Source: Eledone cirrhosa
Taxonomy: Eukaryota
Direction: 5' to 3'
Assembly (NCBI GenBank): GCA_964016885.1
Contig: OZ024742.1
Coordinates: 21,700,001 to 21,764,000 of the forward strand
DNA: 64,000 nt
The translations under genes and the position numbers were made by a program. Below, one piece after another: positions 1 through 12,520 of this stretch; positions within the stretch are counted from its first letter, which is position 1, and each line of letters starts with the position of its first letter. Below the pieces are notes generated by a model that had not been told where the DNA came from, did not search any database, and saw only the letters and a list, made by a program, of their open reading frames with translations.

Positions 1-237
1 TTCCCACTCTTAGTACGACTGTTACTTAAATATAAGTATGTACACGTACATACATATATGTATACAGACGTACAGTAGTATGTATATATATATACATACA
101 TGCACACATATATATATGTACGTATGGATTCACCGAACATTTATTATAATGCTCGGTGTGTTTGTAAACAAACATCCCGTATTAAGCCGTAGTGTCTAGC
201 AACCATCGTTGCTCGTTTGTTCAACACTGACAAAGGA

Positions 238-280
238 ACGCTATACTAGTTTCAAGCTTATTAGCTATCGTCAGCAACGT
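238..280 (-). ncRNA. Type I hammerhead ribozyme (family A)
   Basis: Minus strand ACGUUG CUGACGA U AGCU AAUA AGCU U GAAA CUAG UA UAGCGU: stem I, core, stem II, palindromic stem III, GUA site. Confidence 0.8.
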
Positions 281-365
281 ATACCTTCCTGCCAGATTGT
301 TGAACGTATATACTTACCTTATGCATATTAACGTATATACGTTCAACAATCTGGCAGGAAGGTAT

Positions 366-408
366 ACGTTGCTGACGATAGCTAATAAGCTTGAAACTAG
401 TACAGCGT
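366..408 (+). ncRNA. Type I hammerhead ribozyme (family A)
   Basis: ACGTTG CTGACGA T AGCT AATA AGCT T GAAA CTAG TA CAGCGT; stem I ACGUUG/CAGCGU with one G-U pair. Confidence 0.85.
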
Positions 409-999
409 TCCTTTGTCAGTGTTGAACAAACGAGCAACGATGTTGCTTGACACTACGGCTTAATACGGGATGTTTGTTTACAAACACACCGAGCACTATA
501 ATAAATGTTCGGTGAATCCATACGTACATATATATGTGTGCATGTATGTATATATATATACATACTACTGTACGTCTGTATACATATATGTATGTACGTG
601 TACATACTTATATATATATATATATATATACTATAAAACGAAAGGAGCTGTGTGGTTACTAAAAACAAGGTTTAGGATGGTGGTTGGGACGGAACAGGAG
701 GAGAAAGGAAGAAAGGAGTTTCCATCGTCAGCTGTAAATGTTTCCTGAACCGATGTTTCCGCGCTGAATTACAGGACATCGGTGTAGTTCGGGTGCGCCC
801 GAGGCCTTTTATTAATCAAAAGGCCAGGTGGAAAGGGAGAGAGAAAGAGAGAAAAAAACGGAGAGAGAAAAGAGAGAGAAAGGAGGAAGAACAGGGGTAG
901 GGAGATGAGGAGAGAGTAAGAAGGGGAAAAAATAGGAAAGGAATAGAAGAAAAAAAGTGTACAGGTCCCGTCATGGGAAGACACAGGTGAAAGAAACAT

Positions 1000-1507
1000 G
1001 CAAAAAAGTAACCGTGGAAAATCGGAAAAGGGGAAATCCGACGTGTGGCTTATGTATCGACGAACGAATAACTATCCTAAATAGATTACGCAATAGTGAT
1101 TGCCTAAACACGAGAAGTGAATTTTTCACACGTTGTCCACACGTCACCAAACGTCTATTGCATAACTACAAGGCTCCGGACTGGTTCTTTGTAATTATAT
1201 TTTTAATTTTTTTTAATTTTATTTTCAACCTAAAAACTTTCCGGACTTTCGCAGTTATCTCCCTTACACCTCCCCCCCCGCACGCAGTCTAGTATTGCCT
1301 GTGTGAAGTGACCGGGTTTCTGCGCATGCGCGTTTGCACGGTAGTCCTTCCTGTTCCTATAACTATACACATCCTGAGCTGAAGATCCGCGAAGGTGAAA
1401 CAATTGTTCGCGGTATGGTGAACTAACTGTTGTGTAACCACCTCTACCTAACTCGTCCCTTGGACTGAGTGCTCTACCACTACGGATATTACCTTCCAGT
1501 GTTCCAC

Positions 1508-1510
<3 letters not shown>
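1000..1510 (+). mobile_element. 3' remnant of a Penelope-like element (GIY-YIG C-terminal tail plus 3' UTR with decayed HHR)
   Basis: ORF segment CGLCIDERITIL...LNTRSEFFTRCPH parallels CDLCAAEALEIL...LNTKSEAISACKH of the PLE ORF at 17406-18836; HHR-like CTGAG CTGAAGA..GAAA CAATTG TT at 1374-1413; related inverted piece at 1921-2075. Confidence 0.65.
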
Positions 1511-1541
<31 letters not shown>

Positions 1542-1543
<2 letters not shown>

Positions 1544-1907
1544 AGGAGGTTATAGTTCACTTGAAGCATTGTGTAATGAGGTATAAACGTTTGTATATGT
1601 ATAATAAAGCCAAAACAATGCAGGTATGGACATAGAATAAAGAATGCAAATGCAAAAGATATTGTTGACAATTAGTCTTTTACCTTAGATTTATTTAAAT
1701 GTCAGCATGACTTGGCAAGCTATTTAGAACACTGGTTTAACCGCTTTACTTCCCTCCGGAGAAGAGATATTATCTCGAAAATTAAGGACATTTAAATAAA
1801 TCTAAGGTAAAAGACTAATTGTCAACAATATCTTTTGCATTTGCATTCTTTATTCTATGTCCATACCTGCATTGTTTTCGCTTTATTATACATATACAAA
1901 CGTTTAT
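1542..1907. mobile_element. Fold-back fragment of PLE 3' UTR family B in a (TA)n tract
   Basis: 1580-1703 is inverted relative to 1787-1907; same sequence as the arms at 21288-22881 and 52418-52592. Confidence 0.75.
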
Positions 1908-2073
1908 ATATATATATATAGAAGTGGTTACACAACAGTTAGTTCACCATACTGAGAACAATTGTTTCATCTTAGCGAATCCTCAGTTCGTAATGGGCAT
2001 GGTTATACGGAACAGGAAGGACAACCGTACGAACGCGAATGCGCAGAAACGATTACATCACACAGGCAATACT

Positions 2074-2112
<39 letters not shown>

Positions 2113-3221
2113 GCACACACACAAATACACACTCTCTCACACACACACATACATATATATTATAAAGAGTCGGGACCCAACGGCTGAGCTCTTGCCGTTT
2201 CAACGGCTAGTTCTAGACTCGTATACGTACATATATATATATGTGTGTGTGTTTGTATAATATACATATACATGCTTGTATGTATGTACGTATGTATGTA
2301 TGTACGTATGTACGTATGCAACCCTGATGGTATCCAATGATGTTGACTTGTTCTTCTTTTTGGTAAATATCATCTTGGTTAAGAGAGTGGGACTGGCTTT
2401 GTGCAGTGCCTTTGTTCACTATAAAAGCTTCATGGCACAGGCATTGCTTTATATCTGTAGATCTCTGTGCACTTGTCGTCACATGGTACCATGGGCCCAG
2501 CACTATGTGTCAATAATTGTCACAAGTGTAGTGTTTGTACCAGAGTTTTCAAGTCGCTGGCTGGACTAAAAAGTCACACTCGTTCAGCGCTTCGGTAGGG
2601 GTTCTCCTACATGGATATAAAGTAGTGGCCGTACTCGAAAACGAGTTGGCAGCCACCATATGTATGTATGGATGGATGGAGGGATGGATGGATGGATATT
2701 CATATATACCATGAACGATCGTCAAAACGGACTCCATTGAATCATATGTCGGGTAAAGTGAAGGAAATCTGAGTTAATATCATTGCAGTTAATATTGATA
2801 TCGACAACTATAGTTTAGAAGTATAGTATGAGTCTATATTTTTGATGTGTTAGATGACTGCTATGTATCTTTTAAAAATGTTATATTCATCATCTTTTAA
2901 CTAAATCAATAAAATAATCATGCATCATAATGTGAAATTAATGTTTCTGTCCCATATTATGAAATATTTTCTTAGTTGCTTTGTGATAGCAATGCGTACA
3001 CCGCAGCTAGTTGTATATATGAATTATAAGGATGGTGTGTGGGCAATTAGTAGAGTGGTTAACTAATAATCGAATTCTTAAACCATTATCTCAGGAGATA
3101 TGCCTGCTATTTTTCACATTAGCCCCTCCTTCTAAGCGGGATGTTCATCGTTATAAATTACTAACCCTTCACCTATTTTTTTATTTCTATTTTCAGTTCT
3201 TCTATAATCATTATTTACCAA

Positions 3222-3605
3222 AGGCGGTGGATTGGCAGTATCGGTAGAGGGTCGGACGCCATGCTTTCCAGCATAGTTACGTCCCTTTGCGATCTGAGTT
3301 CAAATCCCGCCGAGGTTGACTTTGCCTTTCATCCTTACGGGGTCGATAAAATAAAGTACCAGTAATGTACTGGGTAATTGCTGGCCTTGTGCCAATAGTA
3401 GAAATAATTATTTACCAATTGGCAGTATCGGCAGAGGCTCGGACGCCATGCTTTGACGCATAGAGTTATGGCCCTTGCTATTCTGAGTTCAAATCCCGCC
3501 GAGGTTAACTTTGCCTTTCATTCTTACGGGGTCGATAAAATAAAGTACCAGTAATGTACTGGGTAATTGCTGGCCATGTGCCATAAGTAGAAACAATTAT
3601 TTACC
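3222..3605 (+). mobile_element. Two tandem tRNA-derived SINE copies
   Basis: A-box-like TGGCAGTATCGG, B-box GAGTTCAAATCC, conserved body GACTTTGCCTTTCATCCTTACGGGGTCGATAAAATAAAGTACCAG, tail TAGAAACAATTA. Confidence 0.85.
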
Positions 3606-3802
3606 ATCATCCAAAGACCAACACATTTTAGTGCCGAAATTTATTTAATTGATATCTATATAATTCTCGCGCTCTCTCTCTATCTATCTATACATGCATA
3701 CATACATTACACACACACACACACACACATACACACACATATCATATATATATATTTATATATAAATATAATATATAATAAATGTAATCCGAGTTTTTCG
3801 AA

Positions 3803-3950
3803 TATTAATAATATTTGATTTGTTTGCAATTATGCAAACCAGCCTCATGTTATAGCCATGTCAGTAGAATGAACTCTTCATTCTACTGACATGGCTATAA
3901 AAATGAGGCTTGTTTGCAGAATTGAAACGAATCGAATGTTATTATTAATA
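3803..3950. repeat. ~150-bp hairpin centred near 3875 (family shared with 4980-5030 and 60617-60880)
   Basis: ATAGCCATGTCAGTAGAATGAA ctc TTCATTCTACTGACATGGCTAT with imperfect outer arms. Confidence 0.75.
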
Positions 3951-4322
3951 ATTGGCAGTATTGGTAGAGTGTCGGATGCCATGCTTTGGCGCATAGAGTT
4001 ACGGCCCTTGCCATTCTGAGTTCAAATCCCACCGAGGTTAACTTTGCCTTTCATCCTTACGGGGTCGATAAAATAAAGTACCAGTAATACATTGGGTAAT
4101 TGTTGGCCTTGTGCCTAACGTAGAAACAATTATTAATACTAGCAGATTGGCAGAATCGGTAGAGCGTCAGACACCATGCTTTCTAGCATAGTTACTGTCT
4201 GAGTTCAAATCCCGCCGCGGTTAACTTTGCCTTTCAACCTTTCGGGGTGGATAAAATAAGGTACCAGTAATGTACAGAGTAATTGGTGGCCTTGTACCTA
4301 AAGTAGAAACAATTATTAATAC
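3951..4322 (+). mobile_element. Two tandem tRNA-derived SINE copies
   Basis: Same A/B boxes and body as 3222-3605. Confidence 0.85.
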
Positions 4323-4771
4323 TAGCAGAAAACCACACTTCAGGTGGTTTTCTGCTAGTATTTGTAGTGTGCATATTTATATTATAGGCAAATATAGATG
4401 TATGTAGATATGATACATCAAATAAAATCGTAATTGACAATATGCAGAGAAATTGAAGAGAGACCGTTACACTCTTTTCTGTAAGTAAAGTAATCTTTGA
4501 TTCATTTAAAAAATACGATTTTATGTATAAACTGCATTACGGTGAACTGTAATGAAACCTTATATAACGATGCAAATATAAGGATGTTTATAGAAGCGAT
4601 GTAATTGTAGTGACATAACAAACGCTAACCGGAAGTGTAGACATTTGAAAATTGTAAAAGAAGTGTATCTTAAAATAAACAATCATTATATATAAGAATA
4701 TTTATGTTTAATTAACAGTCACGAAATTTAGTAGATAAATTATGTAATATTCATTCATTATTTATTCAAAC

Positions 4772-4892
4772 TTTGAGTTCAAATCCCGCCAAGGTTAACT
4801 TTGACTTTCATGCTTACGGGGTCGATAAAATAAAGTACCAGTAATGTACTGGGTAATTGCTGGCCTTGTGCATTAAATAGAAACAATTATTT
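4772..4892 (+). mobile_element. 5'-truncated SINE
   Basis: Starts at the B-box; flanked by the direct repeat TTATTTATTCAAACT (possible TSD). Confidence 0.8.
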
Positions 4893-5450
4893 ATTCAAAC
4901 TAATCTAAGTTATTTTACTAACGGGATAAAAAAAATATATTCGGGACGCAATCCCGCACTCCTCCTTTTATTATAGTTATGATTCGAAAAACTCAGATTA
5001 CATTTATTGTATTCAGCCATGTAGAGCGAACATTTTCTTCATATATATATATACTGTATATATATATATACTGTATATATAATTATATGTGTGTGTGCGT
5101 GTGTGTGTAAAAGGTAAACAGAAATAACAACACAATCGGTACAGTATATGGAAGGGATATATTAGATTAACGCTTGATATAGCAGGTAGGTATTAAGGTT
5201 TCGGATGCTAGTCCTTCATCAGAAGAAAGAATAAGCAATTAGATATATTGGGGGACGGGTGGGTTGGAATTGGAAAAAATGTCTTTAGATAAATATAACA
5301 GGTCCATTCATGTTGACATCTCTTGCAAAACTGTTGGTGCTGGCGTTTTGTGTATGATTTATTTTTTAGAAAAGTGGATGATGGAGTGCGTCTACCTGAA
5401 ATGAAAAAAAAACATTTTGTAAATAGATCTATACTTGTGCACGTGAGTAA

Positions 5451-5453
<3 letters not shown>

Positions 5454-5547
<94 letters not shown>
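5454..5547. repeat. (GT)n microsatellite
   Basis: Perfect dinucleotide run. Confidence 0.95.
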
Positions 5548-5549
<2 letters not shown>

Positions 5550-5837
5550 ATTATACGTCCGTACGCAGCTAAGAAATGTGTGTGTATATGTGAATAAAAT
5601 AATGTGTGTGCATGTAAGTACGAAGCTATGAGCAAAAGTATGTTAATATAAGGGTGTGTATGTGTGTATACAGAGGAGTGAAGGCAAAGGTGGGGTGAGC
5701 ATATATAGTTGGCATGTATTAGTTGTAAGAGAAGATGTTAATGATCAAGAGAAAGCGATAGGAATCTAGGGGCGTGATAATGGGCGGGGTATTGGAGAAA
5801 TTGGGGAGTCTAGTTGAGTCCAAGAGGGGAATAGGAC

Positions 5838-5881
<44 letters not shown>

Positions 5882-5921
5882 AAGAACACAAGAGCGTCTA
5901 CAACATTAAAAGAGTTTTATT

Positions 5922-5970
5922 GGCTAACAATGTTTCTTCCTTACGTGTAACCGTATGATTCATCAGAGCT
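5922..5970 (-). ncRNA. Type I hammerhead ribozyme candidate
   Basis: Minus strand AGCU CUGAUGA AUCAUACG GUUACA CGUAAGGAA GAAA CAUUG UU AGCC; core intact, stem I GCU/AGC, stem II partly paired. Confidence 0.6.
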
Positions 5971-6016
5971 ATAAAAGGGGTTTGATTGGTGTTATGGACT
6001 CTACCAACCAATATAT

Positions 6017-6320
6017 ATATGAAATATTACTGTCCTATATTGGAATCTCTCTCTCTCTCTCTCTCTCTCTCTAACACAAAAACATATGCAAGTATAGATA
6101 TTATCAGCAATGGAAAAAACAATGCAAACATTGTTTCCTTGGCCCGATTTGACGGTCATGAGATTTGAAAGGCATTTTATTTCTAGGTTATATATAAGTA
6201 CATAACCTAGAAATAAAATGCCTTTCAAATCTCATGACCGTCAAATCGGGCCAAGGAAACAATGTTTACATTGTTTTTTCCATTGCTGATAATATCTATA
6301 CTTGCATATGTTTTTGTGTT

Positions 6321-6403
<83 letters not shown>

Positions 6404-6428
6404 CCAATATAGGACAGTAAAATTTCAT
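6017..6428. repeat. Inverted repeat with (CT)n/(AG)n tracts of unequal length in the two arms
   Basis: 6017-6191 is the reverse complement of 6202-6428; it produces the mirror ORFs 5986-6168 and 6225-6431. Confidence 0.9.
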
Positions 6429-6606
6429 CACAAGTCGGATGGAACTCTAATATTCTAGGACATGCTAACATATTCGATACAGTTCTAAATGCTTGCGGGC
6501 GGATGTATATACATAGACTGAGAGTGAAATAGATTAAGACTGAGAGAGAGTCAGATACACAACCTGTGACTGTAAGATCCTCTTATGTAAGGATCTTTCC
6601 AAACAT

Positions 6607-6795
6607 GGTGAATTGGCCGTACGGGTAGAGGGTCGGACGCCATAATTTCCAGCATAGTTACGTCCTTTTATGTTCTGAGGTCAAATCCCGTCGAGGTTAA
6701 CTTTGCCTTTCATCCTTACGGGGTCGATAAAATAAAGTACCAGTAATGCACTGGGTATTTGCTGGCCTTGTGCCAAAAGTAGAAACAATTATTTA
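6607..6795 (+). mobile_element. tRNA-derived SINE
   Basis: Same family as 3222. Confidence 0.85.
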
Positions 6796-7678
6796 TTTCA
6801 TAGTCTTACGAATTGTTTTTGATCTATATATTTAAGCTAGTTTTAATATTCTGAAGACTATTTCCTATATAACTATTCATGTTAGAAACTGTTTATGTAA
6901 TCGAAAATAAAATTAGCTGCTATTTAGATTTGAAAATTCAATGACTTCGGATTGACGCAGTTCATATTAAGCTGGAGGCTTCATCAAACGTTGTTCAAAT
7001 GAACGAATTGTCCTAAAAATGGTGTTCACTTCATTTATTAAATTGAAGTTAAAGCCAGCAGATTGTATACTCCTACTATTTTTGTAATGAAAGAAAAATT
7101 TTCAGAGAGTCACTTTTGGTAATAATGGAACAGACGTAATATATTATTAAAATGGTGGTGGTTATTTTCATAATAAACACTGTGAATTTATATGGTGAAC
7201 TTTTTCAAAAGAAAGTGCCTGGATATAAGGATCTCTGTCAAAGCTTTGATCTAGTGTATGCGGTTCTACCTCAGCACGGTTTAATAAATCTAGAGAAACA
7301 TTGTGTGATATCAGGTATATTAGGTGGGTCGAACAGACATTATTAAAAGAGTAATCATATATAAAAACCTGGTGAAATACTTCTCCGTTTGATTCAAATT
7401 TCCTTTCAATTATTATTGCAATTTCATCATTGTAGCAACTTGTATACAGTTTAAATAATGAATACCATAAAAATTTCGGAAAAACCTAAGAAGTTTTCTG
7501 TTGACATAAAAGAAGAGGGAGATGTATTCAGTTGATTTATTATAACATATTACTGGTATTTATCCGAAATACTTGGTTAGATAAAGTATTGAATATGTTG
7601 CGTATATATCATTAGTTCATACTAGGTAATGTGTGCATAGTACATACCAAAATGTTCTCCATATTACTCATGTGAAAA

Positions 7679-7860
7679 GGGCGGTGGATTGACAGTATCA
7701 GAGGAGCATCGGACAACACGTTATATGTCAGAGGGTTACGCCCCTTTATGATGTGAATTCAAATCCCTTCGAAGTTAACTTTACCTTTCATCCTGATGGG
7801 GTCGATAAAATAAAGTATCAGTATTGCCATGTGGTCGATTTAATCGACTTTCACCACCCC
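7679..7860 (+). mobile_element. Diverged tRNA-derived SINE
   Basis: GGCGGTGGATTG head, GAATTCAAATCC, GGGGTCGATAAAATAAAGTATCAG. Confidence 0.7.
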
Positions 7861-8318
7861 CAGAGCGTGCGAAAAGGATGAATGTTTTAATTAAAGATGC
7901 AGTCCATTCGTAGGACTTCTAAACAGTTTACATCTATCTAATTCCTCCCACAAGACGTGATTTGGACAGTGGCTTTGGTAAATAGTCGATGCTTGTACAT
8001 GATGGTAGAAATACGGTGTCGGTGGATTCCTTGTCGGACTTCTACCTGTATATATTCATAGAGAATTTCTATATAGTGCATGAACGACTGACATAAGTGT
8101 ATCAAGAATAAATATCACAGACATGTATGCAAGACAAATAGAAAGTATGACAACTGTCGTGCCGTATTGACAGCAATAGTCTATGTGTGTTGTAAGACAA
8201 AATTATAAACTCCGCAGTAAATATTTCTAAATGTGTTGCAACAAAATATTCAGTTCTCTTTTATTCTGTCCATACCATTAAAATTTACCTGATTACACTT
8301 ACAAACGATTATTGCGAT

Positions 8319-8630
<312 letters not shown>

Positions 8631-8685
8631 CGAATTCGCTGGATACAAAGGTGAGGATTTTACTCTTCCCATCTCTCTCTCTCTC

Positions 8686-8712
<27 letters not shown>

Positions 8713-8717
<5 letters not shown>

Positions 8718-10025
8718 ATTTAGTATATCTACCAACATATGCGTACAGATGTACACTAATGCTAGCAAATACATAAGTTATGTCATAGTACCTAGGTGCT
8801 TCAATGCAGGAGGATGCAGAACAATAATATGAAAGACGTAAAATAAGAAAATTAAAAAAAAAATTAAAAATTAACTTACTAAAATTTTCACTCCAACTAA
8901 TTAGTTTCTGTAATGGGATAAAGATAGTTACGTAATATAACCATCGAGAATTCATTACGTCATCAGGGAGTCTATTCTCAGCTAAGTCTCCAGGCAATGC
9001 GCGGACACTAGGGACTCATATAAAAATAATAATAATTCGGTGGATGGAACAGCTAGCGGGGACTGGATTCCATGCACTGAAAAAGTTCGCTGTCTCTGGT
9101 CAAATGGCAGATTCTAAAGAATCAATCACGTGACACTGAGGCTAGTCGGAAGGAATGGGTTGGTAAGATGACAAAAGCCTACTACCACACCAATGAATTA
9201 GTAGTGGATTTGGAAGGTTTGCTCAACAAATAAATAATTTGGAGATAAATATAGAGAATTTCGTATATCTACCAACATATGCGTACATGTGTACACTGAT
9301 GCTATTTTTATATGAGTCCCTAGTGTCCGCGCATTGCCTGGAGACTTAGCTGAGAATAGACTCCCTGATGACGTAATGAATTCTCGATGGTTATATTACG
9401 TAACTATCTTTATCCCATTACAGAAACTAATTAGTTGGAGTGAAAATGTTAGTAAGTTAATTTTCTTATTTTACGTCTTTCATATTATAGTTCTGCATCC
9501 TCCTGCATTGAACTACCTAGGTACTATGACATAACTTATGTATTTGCTAGCATTAGTGTACATCTGTACGCATATGTTGGTAGATATACTAAATTCTCTA
9601 TATTTATCTCCAAATTATTTATTTGTTGAGCAAAACTGCCAAATCCACTACTAATTCATTGGTGTGGTAGTAGGCTTTTGTCATCTTACCAACCCACTCC
9701 TTCCGACTAGCCTCAGTGTCACGTGATTGATTCTTTAGAATCTGCCATTTGACCAGAGACAGCGAACTTTTTCAGTGCATGGAATCCAGTCGCCGCTAGC
9801 TGTTCCATCCACCGAATTATTATTATTTTTATATGAGTTCCTAGTGTCCGCGCATTGCCTGGAGACTTAGCTGAGAATAGACTCCCGATGACGTAATGAA
9901 TTCTCGATGGTTATATTACGTAACTATCTTTATCCCATTACAGAAACTAATTAGTTGGAGTGAAAATTTTAGTAAGTAAGTTAATTTTTAATTTTTTTTT
10001 TTATTTTCTTATTTTACGTCTTTCA
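8713..10025. mobile_element. Family C: ~520-540-bp circularly permuted monomer in tandem plus inverted arrangement
   Basis: The unit start at 8713 recurs at 9253; orientation flips near 9304; the inverted unit recurs at 9825; each unit has CCCTGATGA followed by a CGTAAT..ATTACG stem, but GAAA is replaced by TAAC; a relative lies at 58404-59066. Confidence 0.75.
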
Positions 10026-10647
10026 TATATATATATATGTTTATTCTCATATTTACACATATTTTTTCCCCCGCTGTGACCCGTCTATTTCGTTCTTACT
10101 GCTTCCTCTTTCTCTGTATCTTTACCCTCTCTAACAGTCACTCTCTCTGTTAGCATCTTCCTCGCCCTTCACTCACTCACTCTCTGTTACTACCTCTCCT
10201 CCTCCTCCTTCTTCCCGTTTGACCTCTGCGTAATTCTTTTCTTTCGCACGCTTGGTCAGGCTGGTTCGCTTATTTTTCTCTCTCTCGTCTACGATTTCAC
10301 AGAACTTACGTTCACCGAATTCACAGACTAGATCCCTTCTTCCTCCCGTTATACCTGTACGGAATTCCTTCCTTGCTTACATTCCAACCAGGTTTGATGG
10401 TCTTTATTCTCTCTTGTTCACGATTTCACCGAACTTATATTCATGGAAATTTGGGACTTGACTCGTTCTTCCTCACTTTTGTTGCTTCACCATCTTTGTT
10501 TGTTAACACTCTCGCTGCCCCCTTTATTTACGTGTCCCAACGACCTTTTTTTAGCTGTTGCTCGCACTAACCGGATGTATATGGTCTTTAAAGCGATGAA
10601 ATACCAATGATGGTTGGAAGATCACTGATGTAGGACTAACTTTATTC

Positions 10648-10694
<47 letters not shown>

Positions 10695-10736
10695 TAGAAA
10701 CATATGTGTATATATACAAATATATGGGTGTATATA

Positions 10737-10769
<33 letters not shown>

Positions 10770-10910
10770 GCACATACATATACACATACAATATAGGTAT
10801 TTGTGTTATTAATTACGTACCTTTATGATTCTATGGGTGTTTTAAGTGCGAAGTTATTAACAAAATTATTCGTACATATTCTTCCACTTTTTCCACCACA
10901 CACATTTTAA

Positions 10911-10943
<33 letters not shown>

Positions 10944-10950
10944 TACACAT

Positions 10951-10982
<32 letters not shown>

Positions 10983-11683
10983 GTGTGTATATATGTGTAT
11001 GCCTATATACATATGTGTGTATGTGTGTTTATATATAAGTGAATGAATAAAGAATATGACTTTCAATATGCACAATACTTTCACGATAGAAGGAAATCAC
11101 TTTGCCATTTCTTCAGGATATTTCAATGGCGTAGATAAACACAGAAATTAAATTATATGATGACATTTTGTGGAATGAAAGGTTTGTTTTCTTTCTTCTG
11201 CCAAGTCAAAATAAATAACTTAAAATTGCCATAAAAATGTAAGTCTTATTTCATGTTAATTTCTTAACAATATTTTAGATAGTTGTTTAAATGGCAACAA
11301 CAACAGCAAATACATCAACCAAGAGCAAAAATAATGGTGATAACAGCAGCAGCCATGATATGAGTTCTGAAATATGGATGTTATTTTAAATGTTGTCATT
11401 CCTTGAATATATATGGTCGTAATCGTATCACTTAAAACTGTAAAAGCATAAAAGAACATACTCTCAGACACACTCACAATATATGTGTGCGTTTCAGTGT
11501 GTCTGTTTGTAGTCTGGAACAAGCTGTTGAAAGGGCAACAGATCAGATGTCGGGTCCCTACTTTTTAAAATATCACCATACTCTACTACACCAAGTATCG
11601 AGTACTCTGTTGAATAATGGTGTAACCAGTTTCAAACTGAATCCACCCTGATTTATATATATGTATATATATATATAAATATA

Positions 11684-11758
<75 letters not shown>

Positions 11759-11788
11759 AAATGTGTGTAATCATTGGTACAGTTAGGT

Positions 11789-12212
11789 ATATTAAGATAG
11801 GGGGAAGAGAAAATGGCTTCACTTGTGCTTTCAACAAATTTATTTTCTTCACAAAATCCAAAAAGAATTTTTCTTAAAAAAAATTATTTTATAAATTAAG
11901 TTGTTGGTTGTTGGTTAGGTCTTAGGAGTTCTTGGTTAACGTAGGAGGTATTGTTTCGTTTTTAGAAAGACCTTTCACGCTGAGGTGCGCTTGTCAAACA
12001 GTTTGACAAGCGCACCTCAGCGTGAAAGGTCTTTCTAAAAACGAAACAATACCTCCTACGTTAACCAAGAACTCCTAAGACCTAACCAACAACCAACAAC
12101 TTAATTTATAAAATAATTTTTTTTAAGAAAAATTCTTTTTGGATTTTGTGAAGAAAATAAATTTGTTGAAAGCACAAGTGAAGCCATTTTTTCTTCCCCC
12201 CTATCTTAATAT
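11789..12212. repeat. Near-perfect 424-bp palindrome with a 1-nt centre at 12000
   Basis: ...GCGCTTGTCAAAC A GTTTGACAAGCGC...; the arms differ by about one base; bounded by (TA)n. Confidence 0.95.
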
Positions 12213-12240
12213 ATATATATATATATATATGTATGTATAT

Positions 12241-12481
12241 TTTCCCCTACCATGCTGACTCTGTCTCTGTCTATTTTTCCATCAAAGGCTACAGGCCATG
12301 ACTGGCTATTATTAATATTATTGCTGCTGTATTCTATCGGCTACTTTGCCATGCTGTATTCTATCGGCTAGTTTGTTAGCCTTGACGGCGACCCTCTCTC
12401 TACCTCACAATTTCCCTCCTACCCACCCCCTCACACCACCATAGCCTATTCGACCAATCAAACCTCAGCATGCCATTTCTT

Positions 12482-12520
<39 letters not shown>

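Larger units (their letters stand above)
1..612. mobile_element. Fold-back (inverted) insertion of ~440-bp HHR family A, retrozyme-like
   Basis: 31-313 is the reverse complement of 333-612 with a ~19-nt spacer; it ends in (TA)n; the same family occurs in tandem at 48960-49920; each arm has an HHR motif. Confidence 0.8.

Noticed and set aside
3222-3320. tRNA gene (A/B boxes)
   Set aside because: No cloverleaf; the boxes are the head of a multi-copy SINE
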